Shown here one piece after another: positions 25,853 through 38,321 of a stretch of 64,000 nt of DNA. The stretch spans positions 62,001 through 126,000 of the forward strand of contig JAIVFI010000001.1 in assembly GCA_025558095.1 (NCBI GenBank), read 5' to 3'. The notes under the pieces were generated by a model that ran no database searches, was not told the DNA's origin, and saw only the letters and a list, made by a program, of their open reading frames with translations. Each line of letters opens with the position of its first letter. Position 1 is the stretch's first letter. Origin of the DNA: Hyaloraphidium curvatum SAG 235-1. Lineage: Eukaryota > Fungi > Monoblepharomycota. The translations under genes and the position numbers were made by a program.

Positions 25853-28024
25853 ATGTCTGGCCTCCTCGACACGCTGTCGCGCAAGCAGACCAATAAGCCG
25901 CCGCCGCTTGCGCCGCCCAAGACGCAGCCGAACGACGGCGGGCGTTCCCGGCGGGCCGGCGAGCGCGCGGACCGCGCCGCGACGTCGCCCACGGCCAGCG
26001 CCCCCCGCGCGCCCCGCTCGCCCAAGCAGCCGCGCCGCAACCCCCCCGGCAGCCCGAAGGCGCGCCGCCGCGGCCGCGACTCGTCGTCCGACGGCGATGA
26101 CGTCACGGGCGCGCTGGCCGCCGCGCTGCACGCCCGCCGCGAGGCCAAGGAGCGCGCCGAGCGCATGCGCGGCCCGCCGAGCCCCGTGCTGGTGCAGCGC
26201 ATGATCGGCGTGGCCGCCGGCGTCAAGCCCGCCCCCGTCGACGTGTCGGCGCTGCCGGTGTACGAGCCGGACAAGCCGGCACAGGCCACGACGGCCGTCA
26301 AGCCCGAGACGCCCGACGACGGCGAAGACGAGGATGCCGTCGAGTCGCCCGCCGCCGTGGGCTACGTCGACGACGCCGAGGCCGCTCCGGCCCGCGAACC
26401 TACCCCGCCGCCGCCGGCGCCTGTCTCCCTGCTCGACGCCATTGCCTTCGCGGCCGACACGACGCTCAAGAAGCTCGAAGACGCCGCCAAGGCCGCAGCC
26501 GAGGCCGCAGCCCGCGCCGCAGCCGAGCCCCAGAAGAGCGAGAGCGCGGAAGACTTCGACTTCCTTGCTACCGACGTCGCGGCGTTCGCCGCTGCCCTGG
26601 TGTCGACCGCCGGCGCCGACGAGAGCGGACCCAGCGTGCCGCCGGCCGTCGCCGCCGTTGCCCCCGAAAAAGTGCCCTCCAACCCCGAGCCCGTCATGCC
26701 GACAACGGTCGAGCCCGACACCACCGAGCCCGAGCAGCCAGCCGAAGCTGTCGTTCCCGCCCCCGCGGTCGAGCTCAGCCAGCCCGTCGACGAGCACCTC
26801 CAACCCATCCTCGCTTTCCCCGCGGAGCTCGAAGACGCCGCCCCGGGCGCCCGCACGTCGGTCTGGATTGATCCATCGGCGATCCCCGACATGGCCGACT
26901 TCCACGCCTCCCCCGTGCTCCCGCGCAAGCAGCCCCCCGCCCCGCGCGCCCGCAGCCCCTCGGTCTCGTCGGCCGATGGCAGCGACGCCGAGAGGATGCT
27001 GGAGATGATGAACGCCGCGGGTTCCGAGCTTCTTTCGGCCGAGGTGGAAGCGCGCCGCGGGAACGGCGGTGGCAGGCGGAAGGAGCGCGAGGCGAAGAGG
27101 AAGGCCGGGAGGGCGAGGAGCAGGAGCCGCAGTCGCAGCAGGGTGAGGTTTGAAAAGGGGAATCGCGTCGTGGAGGAGCTCGAGAAGGTGGTCGGGGAGC
27201 TGGAGAGGGCGCGGGAGGAGATCAAGCGCGGGCCTACGCCAAGCGAGGAGCCCAAGGAGGCCGATCAGGCCCAGGCCGGCCAACTCGAGGGTCACCAACC
27301 CGAGGCCAAGGTCGACACGCTCGAGGGCACCACCGCGACGCCCACCCAGGCCGAAGCCGCCGAGCCGACCAGCCCCGTGGCCCCCGTGGTTGCAGACGAG
27401 CCCATCGCCAAGCCTGTCGCCCCCACACCCGAGCCCGACGACACCGTCGAGCCCCGCACCCCCGCGGACGTCGCTCCCCCCTCCCCCGTCGAAACCAGGG
27501 CGCCGCCCGTCACCCCTCCCACGCCCCCTCCGACGCCGACCCCTCTCCCCTTCCAGCGGATGGCGGTTGCGGTCCCGGCGCTCCCCACCGTGCCCGAGGA
27601 GCGCCCTGCGAGCCCGATCAAGAGCGATTCCGTGCGGCGCAAGGGTGAGCTGACCGACCTCGGCTTTCCCCCGCGATCCATGGAATTGACGTTTGCGGCC
27701 CGCGATCGCAGTGCCCCCCGTCAAGCCCAGCGCGCCCGCCGCCAAGCCCGCCTATCAGCCGGCCGCCCCGCAGCCCCCCGCGGTCCCCGCGGCGCCGGTG
27801 CAGGCCGAGGACGTCAGCAACGCGCGCTGGCTGTTCCGCAAGACGATCCAGAAGGTCGAGAGGATGGTCGCGGCAAGGCAGGCCATGCGCGGGTCGAGGG
27901 CCGCGGCCGGCGTGCAGCCGGCTGCCGAAGGCGCGGCGACGGCGGTCCAGCCGGCCGAGGGCGCCGCCGGCCAGGTCAAAAGGGGCCTGATGGGAAAGCT
28001 GAAAAAGATGGTCAACAAGGCCTG
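25853..28024 (+). CDS. Pro/Ala/Glu-rich low-complexity hypothetical protein
   Basis: Long ORF with strong GC3 bias from MSGLLDTLSRK; intron about 27645-27711; ends KKMVNKA*. Confidence 0.7.
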
Positions 28025-28219
28025 AGCAGAAGTAGCAGATGTAAGTTGGGATCGTGCACGGAGGGGGCGAGAGGGTCCGGGCGACATGAAGGAACAGAAA
28101 GAGGTGCAGAACGGCGGTAGCATTGCAACATAGTTGTATTCCATCACTATAGCCAATGGATTGGAACAGGATCAGAGGGACTCGAAAACTTCGATCGGCA
28201 AGCTCACCATCCACCAGCT

Positions 28220-29152
28220 TCACATCTGCGACCCCTCGGCCTTTTTGGCCCACGCCCCAACGTACGTGAGCGCCGCGAACCACTGCCCCTCCATCTGCAC
28301 CTCCGCCACCACCCCCACCCATTCCTTCAACTCCTCCTGGGTCATCTCCCCGGCCTGCACCGCCGCCGTCCCGCCCCGTTCCAGGAGCGAATGGAGGTAC
28401 GCGCTCCGCCCGTGCTCCGAGTAGGAGTAGGCGCGTGCGTGGGCCGAAGACTTGGCCACGCCCGGGTGGGAGGAGAGGAGAGAGAACAGGCGCCGGCCGA
28501 CGTCGCCGGCCTCGACGCGGAGGCGCCAGTTGCCGCGGTACACCTTGGGAAAGAGTTCGAGGAATCGTTGCGGGCCGTGGGAGATCAGGGTGGTGTAGTC
28601 CTGGTCGAAGATGGCCAGGGTGCCGCCGGGCTTGAGCGCGGAAAGCAGGCCGGTGATGGCGGTGGATGGATCGGCGAGGTGCTGTCGGGAGGGGAGTGAG
28701 CCGGGCCGGGGGGACAATGGAACGGGATATACCGAAAACACCGTCGCGACCATGATGAGGTCCGCGCCGACGAGGTTCGGCGACTCGCAAGTGCCCACAC
28801 GCCATTCGAGCACGGGGAGCAGTGAGCCTGAGTCTTTTTCGGCGCGGGCGAACTCGTCGGCGATTCGTAGGAGCGCGGGAGACGGATCCACGCCCACCAC
28901 CCGGGCCCCCGCGACACGGGCGACGCGGCGTGCCAGCTGTCTCGTTAGACTGCCTGAGCCACACCCGACTTCCGCAATGACGGGGGACTTGAGGCCGTCC
29001 AGTGGAGAGAGGACCGCATCGACGAACTCGTTCAAAATCCGCCTGTATTGCGGCTCGTTCCCCCGCGCCTCGAGGCCCGTCGCCATCGCGCGGATCGCGG
29101 CATCAGGCGTTGTCGTGATGATCGACCAGGGATCTGGCGGGCGGGATGGCAT
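28220..29152 (-). CDS. Class I SAM-dependent methyltransferase
   Basis: AEVGCGSG motif I, VVGVDPS, LKPGGTLAIFD; probable in-frame intron about 28683-28730. Confidence 0.88.
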   Translation of the reverse strand: MPSRPPDPWSIITTTPDAAIRAMATGLEARGNEPQYRRILNEFVDAVLSPLDGLKSPVIAEVGCGSGSLTRQLARRVARVAGARVVGVDPSPALLRIADEFARAEKDSGSLLPVLEWRVGTCESPNLVGADLIMVATVFSVYPVPLSPRPGSLPSRQHLADPSTAITGLLSALKPGGTLAIFDQDYTTLISHGPQRFLELFPKVYRGNWRLRVEAGDVGRRLFSLLSSHPGVAKSSAHARAYSYSEHGRSAYLHSLLERGGTAAVQAGEMTQEELKEWVGVVAEVQMEGQWFAALTYVGAWAKKAEGSQM

Positions 29153-29461
29153 GTCTGCGCTGGACAGAGGCGAAAGAGTGAACTGCCGAAGTAAGTGGAG
29201 CAAACAAGCAAACGAGCTGGAGGTCGGTGTCGCACAAGATCCATAATATGCTGAAGCAGAGCTAGACGGATGTCGTGCAGGGATGCGCTATGAGGGCCTG
29301 CAATTCATCTGTGTTCCAATTGTACAATCTAGGAACCCGCCCGCTCTCGCTGCGCCTCATCAGCACTTCAGACAAAAGCAGCGCCACCTCGGGAGCCGGC
29401 GTGTTGTTGACATATCCGGCAAAGCACGGTGCACAGCGGGATTGTTGCTTTGCGGTCCCAG

Positions 29462-30197
29462 TTAATCAGCCGCGGCGGCAACGTTCGCCCGAATCGTGAA
29501 GTTGAACGTGACAACCGGGCCCCTGTCGAAAGGCCCGTTGTATTGCGGGTAGGCGGTGATCGAGAACGTGGCCTCGGCCGGTGTGCCCGCCTGCGCCGCC
29601 CGCACGGGGAAGAGCCTGCTGCCGGTGGCCGAGAGGCCCCAGAACTGCGGGGAATCAACCAGCGTGTAGGCCGAACCGTCGATGGAGAGCTGGAAGAACA
29701 ATTGGCCATTTCCAGTGTTCATGATCCTGTAGCTGAATGTCGAAGAGCCGGCAATAAGCGATCCCGACGGCGTGGAGACGTCCCCATTGGCGAGGTTCCG
29801 CTCGGGCGTGAAGAATTCAGACGGCTCGATGACCAGCAGCTGGCCGGCCACCGGCTCGTAGCGGCGATAAAGAACGTGCCCGTTATCACTTTCCTGCTGC
29901 ACGCAGGCCACGCCGCCCTCGGGAGCGCCCGGGTAGCCGAACTCGCTGCCGGAAGCGGATCAGTTCGTGAGGCCGAGGCAATGCCCGAATCCCGGCCCAC
30001 CAGTACGCCGAGGAGGGGCATTCACCGCACGAGCGGGCGAAAACGGCGACGAAGGGGTCGCGGGCGGGAACAGGGCTGCAGCAATGGAAGATCAGAGCTC
30101 GGCGGAGCGGGCGTCGGCGGCGAGCCCACCCAGCGCGCAGGACCGGGAAGGCGCAGAAGGCGAGCAGGAAAAGGAGGCAGACGGCCACCCGCGCCAT
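29462..30197 (-). CDS. Small secreted beta-rich hypothetical protein (3 exons)
   Basis: Signal peptide MARVAVCLLFLLAFCAFP; two apparent GT-AG introns lead into the frame ACVQQESDNGHVLYRRY..FNFTIRANVAAAAD*. Confidence 0.6.
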
Positions 30198-30561
30198 TCT
30201 GCTGCCTAGAGATTGGATCGCCCGCGGCCTGGTGACGCTTTTCTTTTGGCCGGCGCGCGGAAATCGGTTGACGCGCCCCGGAGGCCGGTGGGGCTGGAGC
30301 TGGACCCATCTATTCTGCGGAATTGTCCCGCAAATGATCTCGTCGATCTATCTGCGAAAGCTAATGCCGCACTGCGGCGCGAAGGATGCTTCTGCTGGGC
30401 GAGGAATCCTAGATGCGCGGACTCATAGTCCGCTGCGGGGACGGCCTCGTGCCGGACCCGCCCAGTATGATACCCCATAGAGCCGAATGTACATCGCGGC
30501 GCGCCCTCCATTACGGCGGCCGATCGTGCGGTGTACCCATGGAGTGTAGTAATACAAGTCC

Positions 30562-31108
30562 GTGCGATCTGGGCAGCTTCCACCCAGTCCACGATCCGGA
30601 CCCGGGGAGGTCAATGTTCAGCTCGAACTCGGCCGCGGGCAGCCCGTAGAATGCTGTATCGGCTGCCAGCCCGACCCTCTCCGCCTCGAACAGGCCGGCA
30701 AGCTCTTTCCGAGTCGGGCCCGGATGCCCGCGAAGGTACGGATCGACGAAACGGCGGAAGGTCTCGCGGTCGCGATCAAAATATGTACGTCTTCGGAAGC
30801 GAGTCCTTGCCGGCGTTGATTCCCTCGGGTCCGAAGTGGTGGGGAAAGACCGAGCCGGGGGCACGAGCGACGAGCGAGCCGCGGAGGTAGCGGAAGGGCG
30901 CGGCGGGCTCCTGTACGAAGACGATCTCGACAACCTCATCCGAGCTCGCAGATCCATTCTCAAGTACACGGAAAGCAGCGCGCCTGCTCCTGGGGCCGGC
31001 ACGGCGAGACATGGTTGGAGTGACTTTGTTGCGGACACGGCTCAAACTGAAGGTGATGAAAGCCAGTCCACCAACTCCACAATGATCTTCTATGTCCTCT
31101 TCAAATGA
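30562..31108 (+). CDS. Possible hypothetical spliced gene; 5' end undefined
   Basis: Two protein-like ORFs (30562-30819 and 30836-31108) joinable by a GTACGT..AG intron at about 30785-30835. Confidence 0.3.
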
Positions 31109-31147
31109 TCAGCTCCACCAGCAACTCAGCTTGCAATCCCCCCTAGC

Positions 31148-33740
31148 CTATCTTCGCACAACGTTCCTCGCCCCGCCGACGCGCTCCCCACCCATCGCGG
31201 CCGCCCTCCACCCCGCGTTCCACCCGCCGACCCACTCGTTGTCCCGCAGTTCGACCTGGCTGCTCCCCGCGACCAGCACCTGCCCCCTGTCCGGCCTCTC
31301 TGGCGCGTCCGGCCCCCCGTTGACGATCACGTTCCCCCTGACGCTCAGCCCGCGAGCCGACTGCAGCGTCGCCGCCCTCCCCGGCATCCCCTCGAACCTG
31401 TTCTCCAGGAGCACCACGTCCGTGTGCCCCTGGTAGTCCGAAACAGCGCCCGACTCGTCCCACTCGAGGCTGGTCCAGACCACCCCGCGGCCGGCGTTCA
31501 TCCGGTCGCAGGCGCGGAAGGTGTTGTTGCGGAGCATCACGTTGCGCGAGGGGAGGCCCTCGCCCCACATGGCCGAGGCGGTGATGCGGACGGCCGACAT
31601 CTGGATGTTGGAAAAGAGGGAGCGCTCGACGAGGACGTTGGGGACCTGCAGGAGGAGGCCGCGCGCGCGGTTGTCTGGCCCAGACAGGAGAAACGTCAGC
31701 GCAGCCAACAGCACATGCCAGCGCTCGGCGTACCATGACAGTGGAAGTTGCGGATGACGACGTTGGATGCCGTCCAGCGGTGGTTGACGACGAGCAGCCG
31801 CGACCTGTCGACGTTGGTAAAGTCCGGCAGCGCGCGGTCCAGCTTGATCGTCCACTCCTCGCCCGAGCTCTGCCACGCCGACACCACCTTGGCCTCGAAC
31901 CCAAACTCCGAAAAGTCCGGCCGCCGGAAGCTGACTAGATCCCCCTCCCCAAACACGATCTTCCACGCCGGCGCCTTTCCCACCACCGCCGTGTCCCACT
32001 CGGCGTACCGCACCCCCACGCCCAGCGGATTGTGCACGTTGAGGCAGTCGTCCCCATTCCACCCGACCTCGGTGTCCTCGATCAGCACCCCCCCGTGCAC
32101 CTTGCCGAAGAACAGGCCGTCCACGGTCATGCTGATGAACCTGTCCGACTTGTGCGGGACGGGCTGCTCGGGGAGCGAGAACCGGCTGCGGGTGATGCGG
32201 AGCGAGTGCGAGCCGTCCGTGGCGACGAGTGCCTTGCCCGGGCACCCGTGCATGCGCACCTGCTCGATGGTGCAGTGCGAGCAGCGCGAGAGCCAGAAGC
32301 CGGGGACCTCGTAGGACCAGTGCCGCATGAGGTAGTAGAGCTCCGCGGGGGGAACGGGGTCCACGGGCGACGCGAAGTCGAGCCGGATCGCGCCGCCCTC
32401 GGTGCGCACGGCCGAGATGCGCTCGGGGAGGCCGTACCACCCGTCCACCATGTCGCGGGCGCCCATGCTCCAGCGGTCCTGGTCCAGCGAGTGCATCGAG
32501 ATCCAGCCGTGCAGCGAGGCTGGGTCGGGAGGCTGGCCCTCCGGGAACTCGGGGAAGGTGAGGAGCCACGACGTGGGGGAGGAGGAGCTGAGGTGGACGA
32601 CCGAGGCGAGACGGGAGATCGACCAGTCCCTGTCATTGAAAGCTGGGGGTCAGATTGGCACGCGAGATGACGACGGTGAGCCCACCAATCGACGACGAAA
32701 TCAAAGAACCGGCACCTCGTGCACGTGTCGACCTGGAACAGCGGCGAATGCGACTGCTTCCGCCCAAACAGGAACGTCGCGCCCTGGCCGTCGAGCTCGA
32801 AATCCTGCATCCCCGCAAACACCAGCGTCGCGTCCCCGAACCTGTACGTCCCCGGCGCCGGCACCGCCAGCATGCACCCCGACCCGGTCTCCCATCCCGC
32901 GCGGCGGCACTGCTCGACGCCCGCCATGAGCGCCGCCGAGTTGTCCGCGGCGCCGGTGGTCATGCCTTCCGCGATCAGGCGGAGGCCCGGGCGGGGGGGG
33001 TCGATCTCGGGGTCTGGGAAGGGGCGAAACTGCGCGAGGTCGGTGGGGAAGGAGGGGTCCTCGAAGGGGTCGGTGGTCGCGCCAGGCAGGGGCTCGGGGT
33101 CGGGGAGTCCGAGGGAGGCGATCGAGACCCAGTTGCGCGAGAGCTCAAGGCCGATCTGCGCGGCGGTGATGGTGACCAGCGCGTCGGAAGGCTTCTGCAC
33201 GAAGAGCTCGGCGCGGCGGCGGAGGGCAGAGAAACTGGGAGGGAGAGGGGGCTCATAGGCAAGCAACCGCGGCAGGTCTGAGAGCGACGTGCCGTTGGCG
33301 GCCAAGTAGAAGGAGCGCCGGCCGAGATGGACGTCGGCGTAGGCGTCGTTGTAGTCCGCGCCGGGCGGCGGGTGAGGGCGGGCGCGAAGGTGCGCCACGC
33401 CGACGACAACCAGGAGGCAGGCCAGGGCGCCGAGGCCAATCAGAATCCAGCGGCGCCTCCTAGCCCGCCTTTCCGCCCAGTCTAGCCTTCCGAGGTTGAC
33501 GGTGCGCCTGTAGATCTTGTCTGCGGCTGCCGCGGCCTCTGCCGAGTCCAGCAACTCGGAAGTCTGCGCCGGCAAGTCCGTAGCGGGGCTGAAAGAAACG
33601 CGGCGCGCGTTCTTCTCCCCGCCCCGCGGCGATTCCACGCGGAGCGACGACGAGCGGCGCACGAGGCCGTCGGGGCCGGCCGGCAGCAGGCGCGAGGGCA
33701 GTGCCGGCAGGGGCCCTCCCGGGTTAACGCCGACGGGCAT
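31148..33740 (-). CDS. Type II membrane right-handed beta-helix protein, GH110 alpha-galactosidase-like
   Basis: TM segment WILIGLGALACLLVVVGV; ADNSAAL..GTYRF..LDGQGATF; DGLFF..VLIEDTEVGWNGDDCLNVH; NRARGLLLQ; two short introns. Confidence 0.72.
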
Positions 33741-34256
33741 CGCGGGCGGCTAGCAGTCCAGTCGGGGCGAACCCCGCGGGATGGAATGCGGCGTCAAGTC
33801 GTCGCGCGGGAATCGAGCGGGATGCGTGCCCGGTCGTCGGAGAATTGCGAGTTACAACTCCGACGCGGGTCCACGCGAGCGAACGGCCCGTGCGCAGGGG
33901 CATCCCGCGCCGCGACGCTCCAAACGTCCTCCACGATGCGCATCGCACTTCGAAATGAACTTTCGCGTTGCGTGGCGGCGACCAGTCCCGGGTAGCGCGG
34001 AATGAGAGCGACACGACTACTCCTGCGGCTGGCAGACGCGGCTCGACGAGTCCGCAAGTTCGATCCGAAATCCGGCACCGTCGCCTTGAGCCAGGCCACG
34101 CGGTGGTGAGCAGAGATCCCGAAATACATTAAATCGAGAAGCACTGTAGACTTGTTCGAAAGATAGCATAACCGAGTGTTCGACTCGATTGTGTTCACCA
34201 ACCATCAACGCCACGTCACCAGCGTCCGACGCCCACAGCTACCGCCTGCCCAGCAC

Positions 34257-35017
34257 ATGGCCGTCGCAATGGACGTCAAGGTGGCCTTCATCGGCGACAA
34301 GGAAGTGCTCGGACCGCTGCGGCTCGAGCTCGTCGACGGCCGGTACCTCCGCACCATCGACGGCTCTGGCAGAGTGCGTTAGACTTCAACTCTCGGCTGC
34401 GCAACACGGGGCTCACACCAGACTTCGGCACCATGACGTGGGTGCCGCGCTCGCTGCTCTCGAACGTACCTTCACATCGTCGGACAGCCCGGCCCAGGGG
34501 AGGCTCTGCTTCTACCGCAGCAAGTCCCGCCGCTACTTTCGCAGCCTTGCCGCCCAGAAGCTGCCGCCGCCGCGTGCAGCTGGTTTCGAAGCCCGAATCT
34601 CCAGCACCGCACAGGCCCAGACGAAGCGGAAGAGGGGATCGCCTAGATACGGCCCGGGGGGCTCTGACGCTGACCTGTGAGTAATGCCTGTTCGTTTCGC
34701 GAGCCCACGCTAATAAGGATCCAAGAGAACTGCTCGCGGTCGAGAAGTTCGAGGTCACGAAGAAGATCTTTGGCAAACGGGACAAGGATGGCAAGCCCAT
34801 CACTGTGCGTGCGTCCCGCGACCGTTTCGATCCGACCTGACGGCTGCCGCAGATCAGGGAGGAGCTGGATGGCAAGACCCAAGGTGGATCCGATCTGCCT
34901 GGCTCGATCCGGAGCTACATCGACACCAAGATCCTGGAGGCGCTCGCGGAGGGACAGGAGCGGGAGGGCTCGGCGGACGAAGGACGCTCGACAAAGAGGG
35001 CGCAGAAGAGGAAGTAG
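34257..35017 (+). CDS. Hypothetical protein (about 4 exons)
   Basis: GT-AG introns near 34374, 34677 and 34807 join protein-like exons; ends with a basic KRAQKRK* tail. Confidence 0.5.
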
Positions 35018-35161
35018 TTCGCTGCTGGTCTTGTCACCTATGCTCGTTCGACTTTGTTCCGATTCAGGGGCGAAGTATGGCCAATAAGGACGCGGGCGCG
35101 GGCCAACTGCAGGCCGGGTCGCCAAGACCCCACTCGCGATTCCGCCCTCGGGACCGCCGAA

Positions 35162-36284
35162 ATGGCCTCCTCCCCCGTCCTCCGCCCCGAGGAAATGCGT
35201 TTCTCCCTCCCCCACGGCCTGTCGATGGCCGCCCAGCGGTGGGGCGCCCCCCCGCTCCGCGATTCCGACCCGGATCCCGCGTCGCCCGGCTCGCACCGTC
35301 TCAACGTGATCCTCGCACATGGACACATGGACAATGCCGGAACATGGACGAGGATGGCGCCGCGGCTGTTGAAACACCTGGAAGGGGCCAGGACGCCGTC
35401 GGGGAAGCCGATCCGGACCACGCTCGTCGCCGTGGACCTCCTCGGGCACGGATTGTCGGACCACCATCCTCCCGGGGCCGACTATTCCCGCGTGCGGTGG
35501 GCAGCGGACCTTGTCCGCGTCGCCGACGCCCTGGGATGGGAGAAATTCGCGCTCTTTGCCCACTCGGCGGGCGGGGAAGCCTGCGTCAACGTCGCCGTCG
35601 CGTTTCCCAAGCGGGTAGCCGCGCTGGTGCTCATCGACATCGACGGTCCCGCGCCGCGGTTGGCGCGCGCCATCCCTCTGGAGACGATTTCGTTCCTGCG
35701 GCGGCGGCTGAGGCCGTACACTCCCAAGCCATTCTATCGATCCGTGGAGGGCGCGGCAGCGGCCCGGGGCGCGGGTAACTCGATCGACGGGGCCATCGGG
35801 ATCGAAGCGGCGAGGATACTCTGCGCGAGGGGGCTGCAGGAGGAGGTGCGGGACGGCGTGAAGGGGTACACGTGGCGGACCGATTCCGCGTTGATGGGAG
35901 GGAGGCCCGGCAACCCTGTGGGTCTGTTCGGCGACCTCTTCCACCGCTAGCTGACGCCCACCATTGCAGACGCCCGAAACGGCCCTTGAATTCGTCAAGC
36001 GGATCCGTTGCCCCACCCTTCTTCTAGCGCCGAAGGACGGCCGCGTCGTCAAGCGGAATCCTCCCGACTCGCCGCACGTCGCGGCCTTCCGCGAGGCCGT
36101 GGGCGGCAACCTCGCGTACGTCGTGGTCCCCGGGAACCACCACGCCCATCTTGTGGACGACGTTGGGGCCGAGGCTTGCGCGAGCGAGGCGGGAGCTTTC
36201 CTGGCGGCCATGGCCGAGACGCCGCCGCACCGGTTCGTGGATCGCGGGAAGCAGCGGGCGGAGAGGGCTCGCAGCAGCCTCTAG
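35162..36284 (+). CDS. Alpha/beta hydrolase (serine hydrolase-like)
   Basis: AHGHMDNAGTW, VDLLGHGLSDH, nucleophile elbow AHSAGG, C-terminal PGNHHAHL; intron about 35918-35969. Confidence 0.88.
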
Positions 36285-36399
36285 ATGGTAGATTGTAAGA
36301 CGGAAACGACTAGAAAGGATCAAATTGGCGTTCACTGAAGCAGTGATCCCTGATTGCCACCTGTTGCGAGCTGGCAGATCACCATCCACACACCAAACA

Positions 36400-38181
36400 A
36401 TGGAACCGCTGAGCGAGGCCCACGCGCGCGAGCTGCTGCATCTCGCGGCGGCCTCCATTGCACGCCGACGGGGCGAGCTCGAGGGCGGCGCGTTCCATGC
36501 CGGGGACGCGAACCGGGGCGCCGAAGGCTACCTCGAGCATTATGACGCTTGGGCCGCCGAGCTCGTCGCGTCCCTCGCGGGGGCACTGCAGCTTCCTTCG
36601 GACGAGCGGCAGGCAGCGCTTGTCGGGCTAAAGCGGCCGCCGCCCGAAGACGTGTCGACGCTCTCCTTGTTGAAAGCCGACGGGAAAACACGGAACTCGG
36701 CCGCGGACGTGCTGCTGGTGGCGATGTTGCAGGGAGAGTGTTACGAGGCGCACGACCGTGCCGCATTTCGCGAGATTGCTGCCCCGCTCGGCTTCTCCGG
36801 GCCGGACGTGCCGAAGAGGGAGCGCAGGATCGCGTTGCTGCTCGCCGAAGCCCCCGAGGCCCTCGAGGCGCCCGAGTCGCCGGCGACCGCGTCGTCGGCG
36901 TGGAGTTTCAGCAAAGCGGGGTTGGCTCTTGCTGGTGGCGTGGCCGTAGCGATGGGAGGCGTCATGGCCGCGCCCATGGTCGCCGGCGGGCTCGGTTCTC
37001 TGCTCGCCGGGGTCGGCCTTGGCGGCACGTCCGTCGCTTCAGCCGCGGCCGGGATTGCCGGCCACACGGGCATCGTCGGAGCTCTGTTCGGCGGATTCGG
37101 GGCCATGAAGACGAACCAAATGGTCGAGAAGGCGACCGAGGAGGTGGATGACTTTGACTTTCTTCCCCTGGTGACCCTCCCGGAATCCCAGGACGGTGCG
37201 CCCGACCCGTCAGCGAATCCGACCAACCCACTGCACACCACCATTGGTGTCTCGGGCTTCCTGCGCACCGAGGACGACATCACGGAGCCATGGCACGTGC
37301 TCCCCACGCTCTCCACCCCCCATGCGCTGCGCTTCCAGCCCGACGCCCTCCTCCCGCTAGGCTCCCTCGTTGCCGACATGATCTCCTCCCGTGCCATCGG
37401 GTACATCAGGCGCGAAATCATCCGGCGCACGGTGCTCGCTACGCTCTATTCCTCTCTCTGGCCACTCGGCCTGCTCCGTTACGCCGCGGTGCTCGACAAC
37501 CCCTTCTCTCACGCCCTGTCGATCGCCAAGAAGGCCGGCGTTCGCCTCGCCGCAACCCTGCTCGCGCGGCGCCAAGGCCCCGGCCCAGTCACGCTGATCG
37601 GCACCTCGCTCGGCGCAACGGCGGTGTTCCACTGCCTTCTGGAGCTCGAGGCCGCCGGCGCGTACCACCTTGTCGACTCGGCATTCCTCTGCGGTGCGCC
37701 GGTCCCGACCTCCCACGAGCAATGGGCCCGCGCCCGCCGCGCCGCCGCCGGCAGGCTCGTCAACGCCTACTCCCCCTCGGACTACCTCCTCGCCTTCCTC
37801 TTCCGCGTCGCCGGCCTCTCACTTGGGTGCGCGGGCGTGCAGGCCGTCGGCGTCGCGGGGGTGGAGGACTTCGACGTCGGGGACACCGTCGGCGCGTCGC
37901 ACTGGGCCTACAACGATCGGCTCGGCGCGGTGCTGCGGCAGCTGGGCGTCGACGTGGTCCCCGAGGCCGTGGACGCGCAGGAGCTGGCCTGGGCGCCGCC
38001 GCCCGAGCCCGATGCGGACGGGGACGACGACGCGGTGGAGGTTTTCGATGCCCCGATGGGGGCGGAGAGCGCGGTGTTTGCGGCGGTCCAGGCGAGCGAG
38101 GGGGCGGGGACGGGCAAGAGGGAAAGGGAGGAGGAGAGCGGGTCGGATGGGGAGGGGAGGAAGAGGAGGGAGGAGGAGTGA
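36400..38181 (+). CDS. DUF726 / TMCO4-family membrane protein with alpha/beta-hydrolase-like fold
   Basis: Gly/Ala-rich hydrophobic segment, LDNPF..AKKAG..LA, PVTLIGTSLGA, GRLVNAYSPSDYLLAFLFR. Confidence 0.9.
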   Translation: MEPLSEAHARELLHLAAASIARRRGELEGGAFHAGDANRGAEGYLEHYDAWAAELVASLAGALQLPSDERQAALVGLKRPPPEDVSTLSLLKADGKTRNSAADVLLVAMLQGECYEAHDRAAFREIAAPLGFSGPDVPKRERRIALLLAEAPEALEAPESPATASSAWSFSKAGLALAGGVAVAMGGVMAAPMVAGGLGSLLAGVGLGGTSVASAAAGIAGHTGIVGALFGGFGAMKTNQMVEKATEEVDDFDFLPLVTLPESQDGAPDPSANPTNPLHTTIGVSGFLRTEDDITEPWHVLPTLSTPHALRFQPDALLPLGSLVADMISSRAIGYIRREIIRRTVLATLYSSLWPLGLLRYAAVLDNPFSHALSIAKKAGVRLAATLLARRQGPGPVTLIGTSLGATAVFHCLLELEAAGAYHLVDSAFLCGAPVPTSHEQWARARRAAAGRLVNAYSPSDYLLAFLFRVAGLSLGCAGVQAVGVAGVEDFDVGDTVGASHWAYNDRLGAVLRQLGVDVVPEAVDAQELAWAPPPEPDADGDDDAVEVFDAPMGAESAVFAAVQASEGAGTGKREREEESGSDGEGRKRREEE

Positions 38182-38321
38182 TGCCTCGAACATGTCACCA
38201 AGATCATGATTTCAATCAATCGCACGGAGAAGATCATTCTGTGAACGTAATCCTCTAGTAGTTTAGATTGTCTTCGCACTGGCTCGCGATCAATCAGACC
38301 CGCCCTCCTCCCCTCTCCCCT

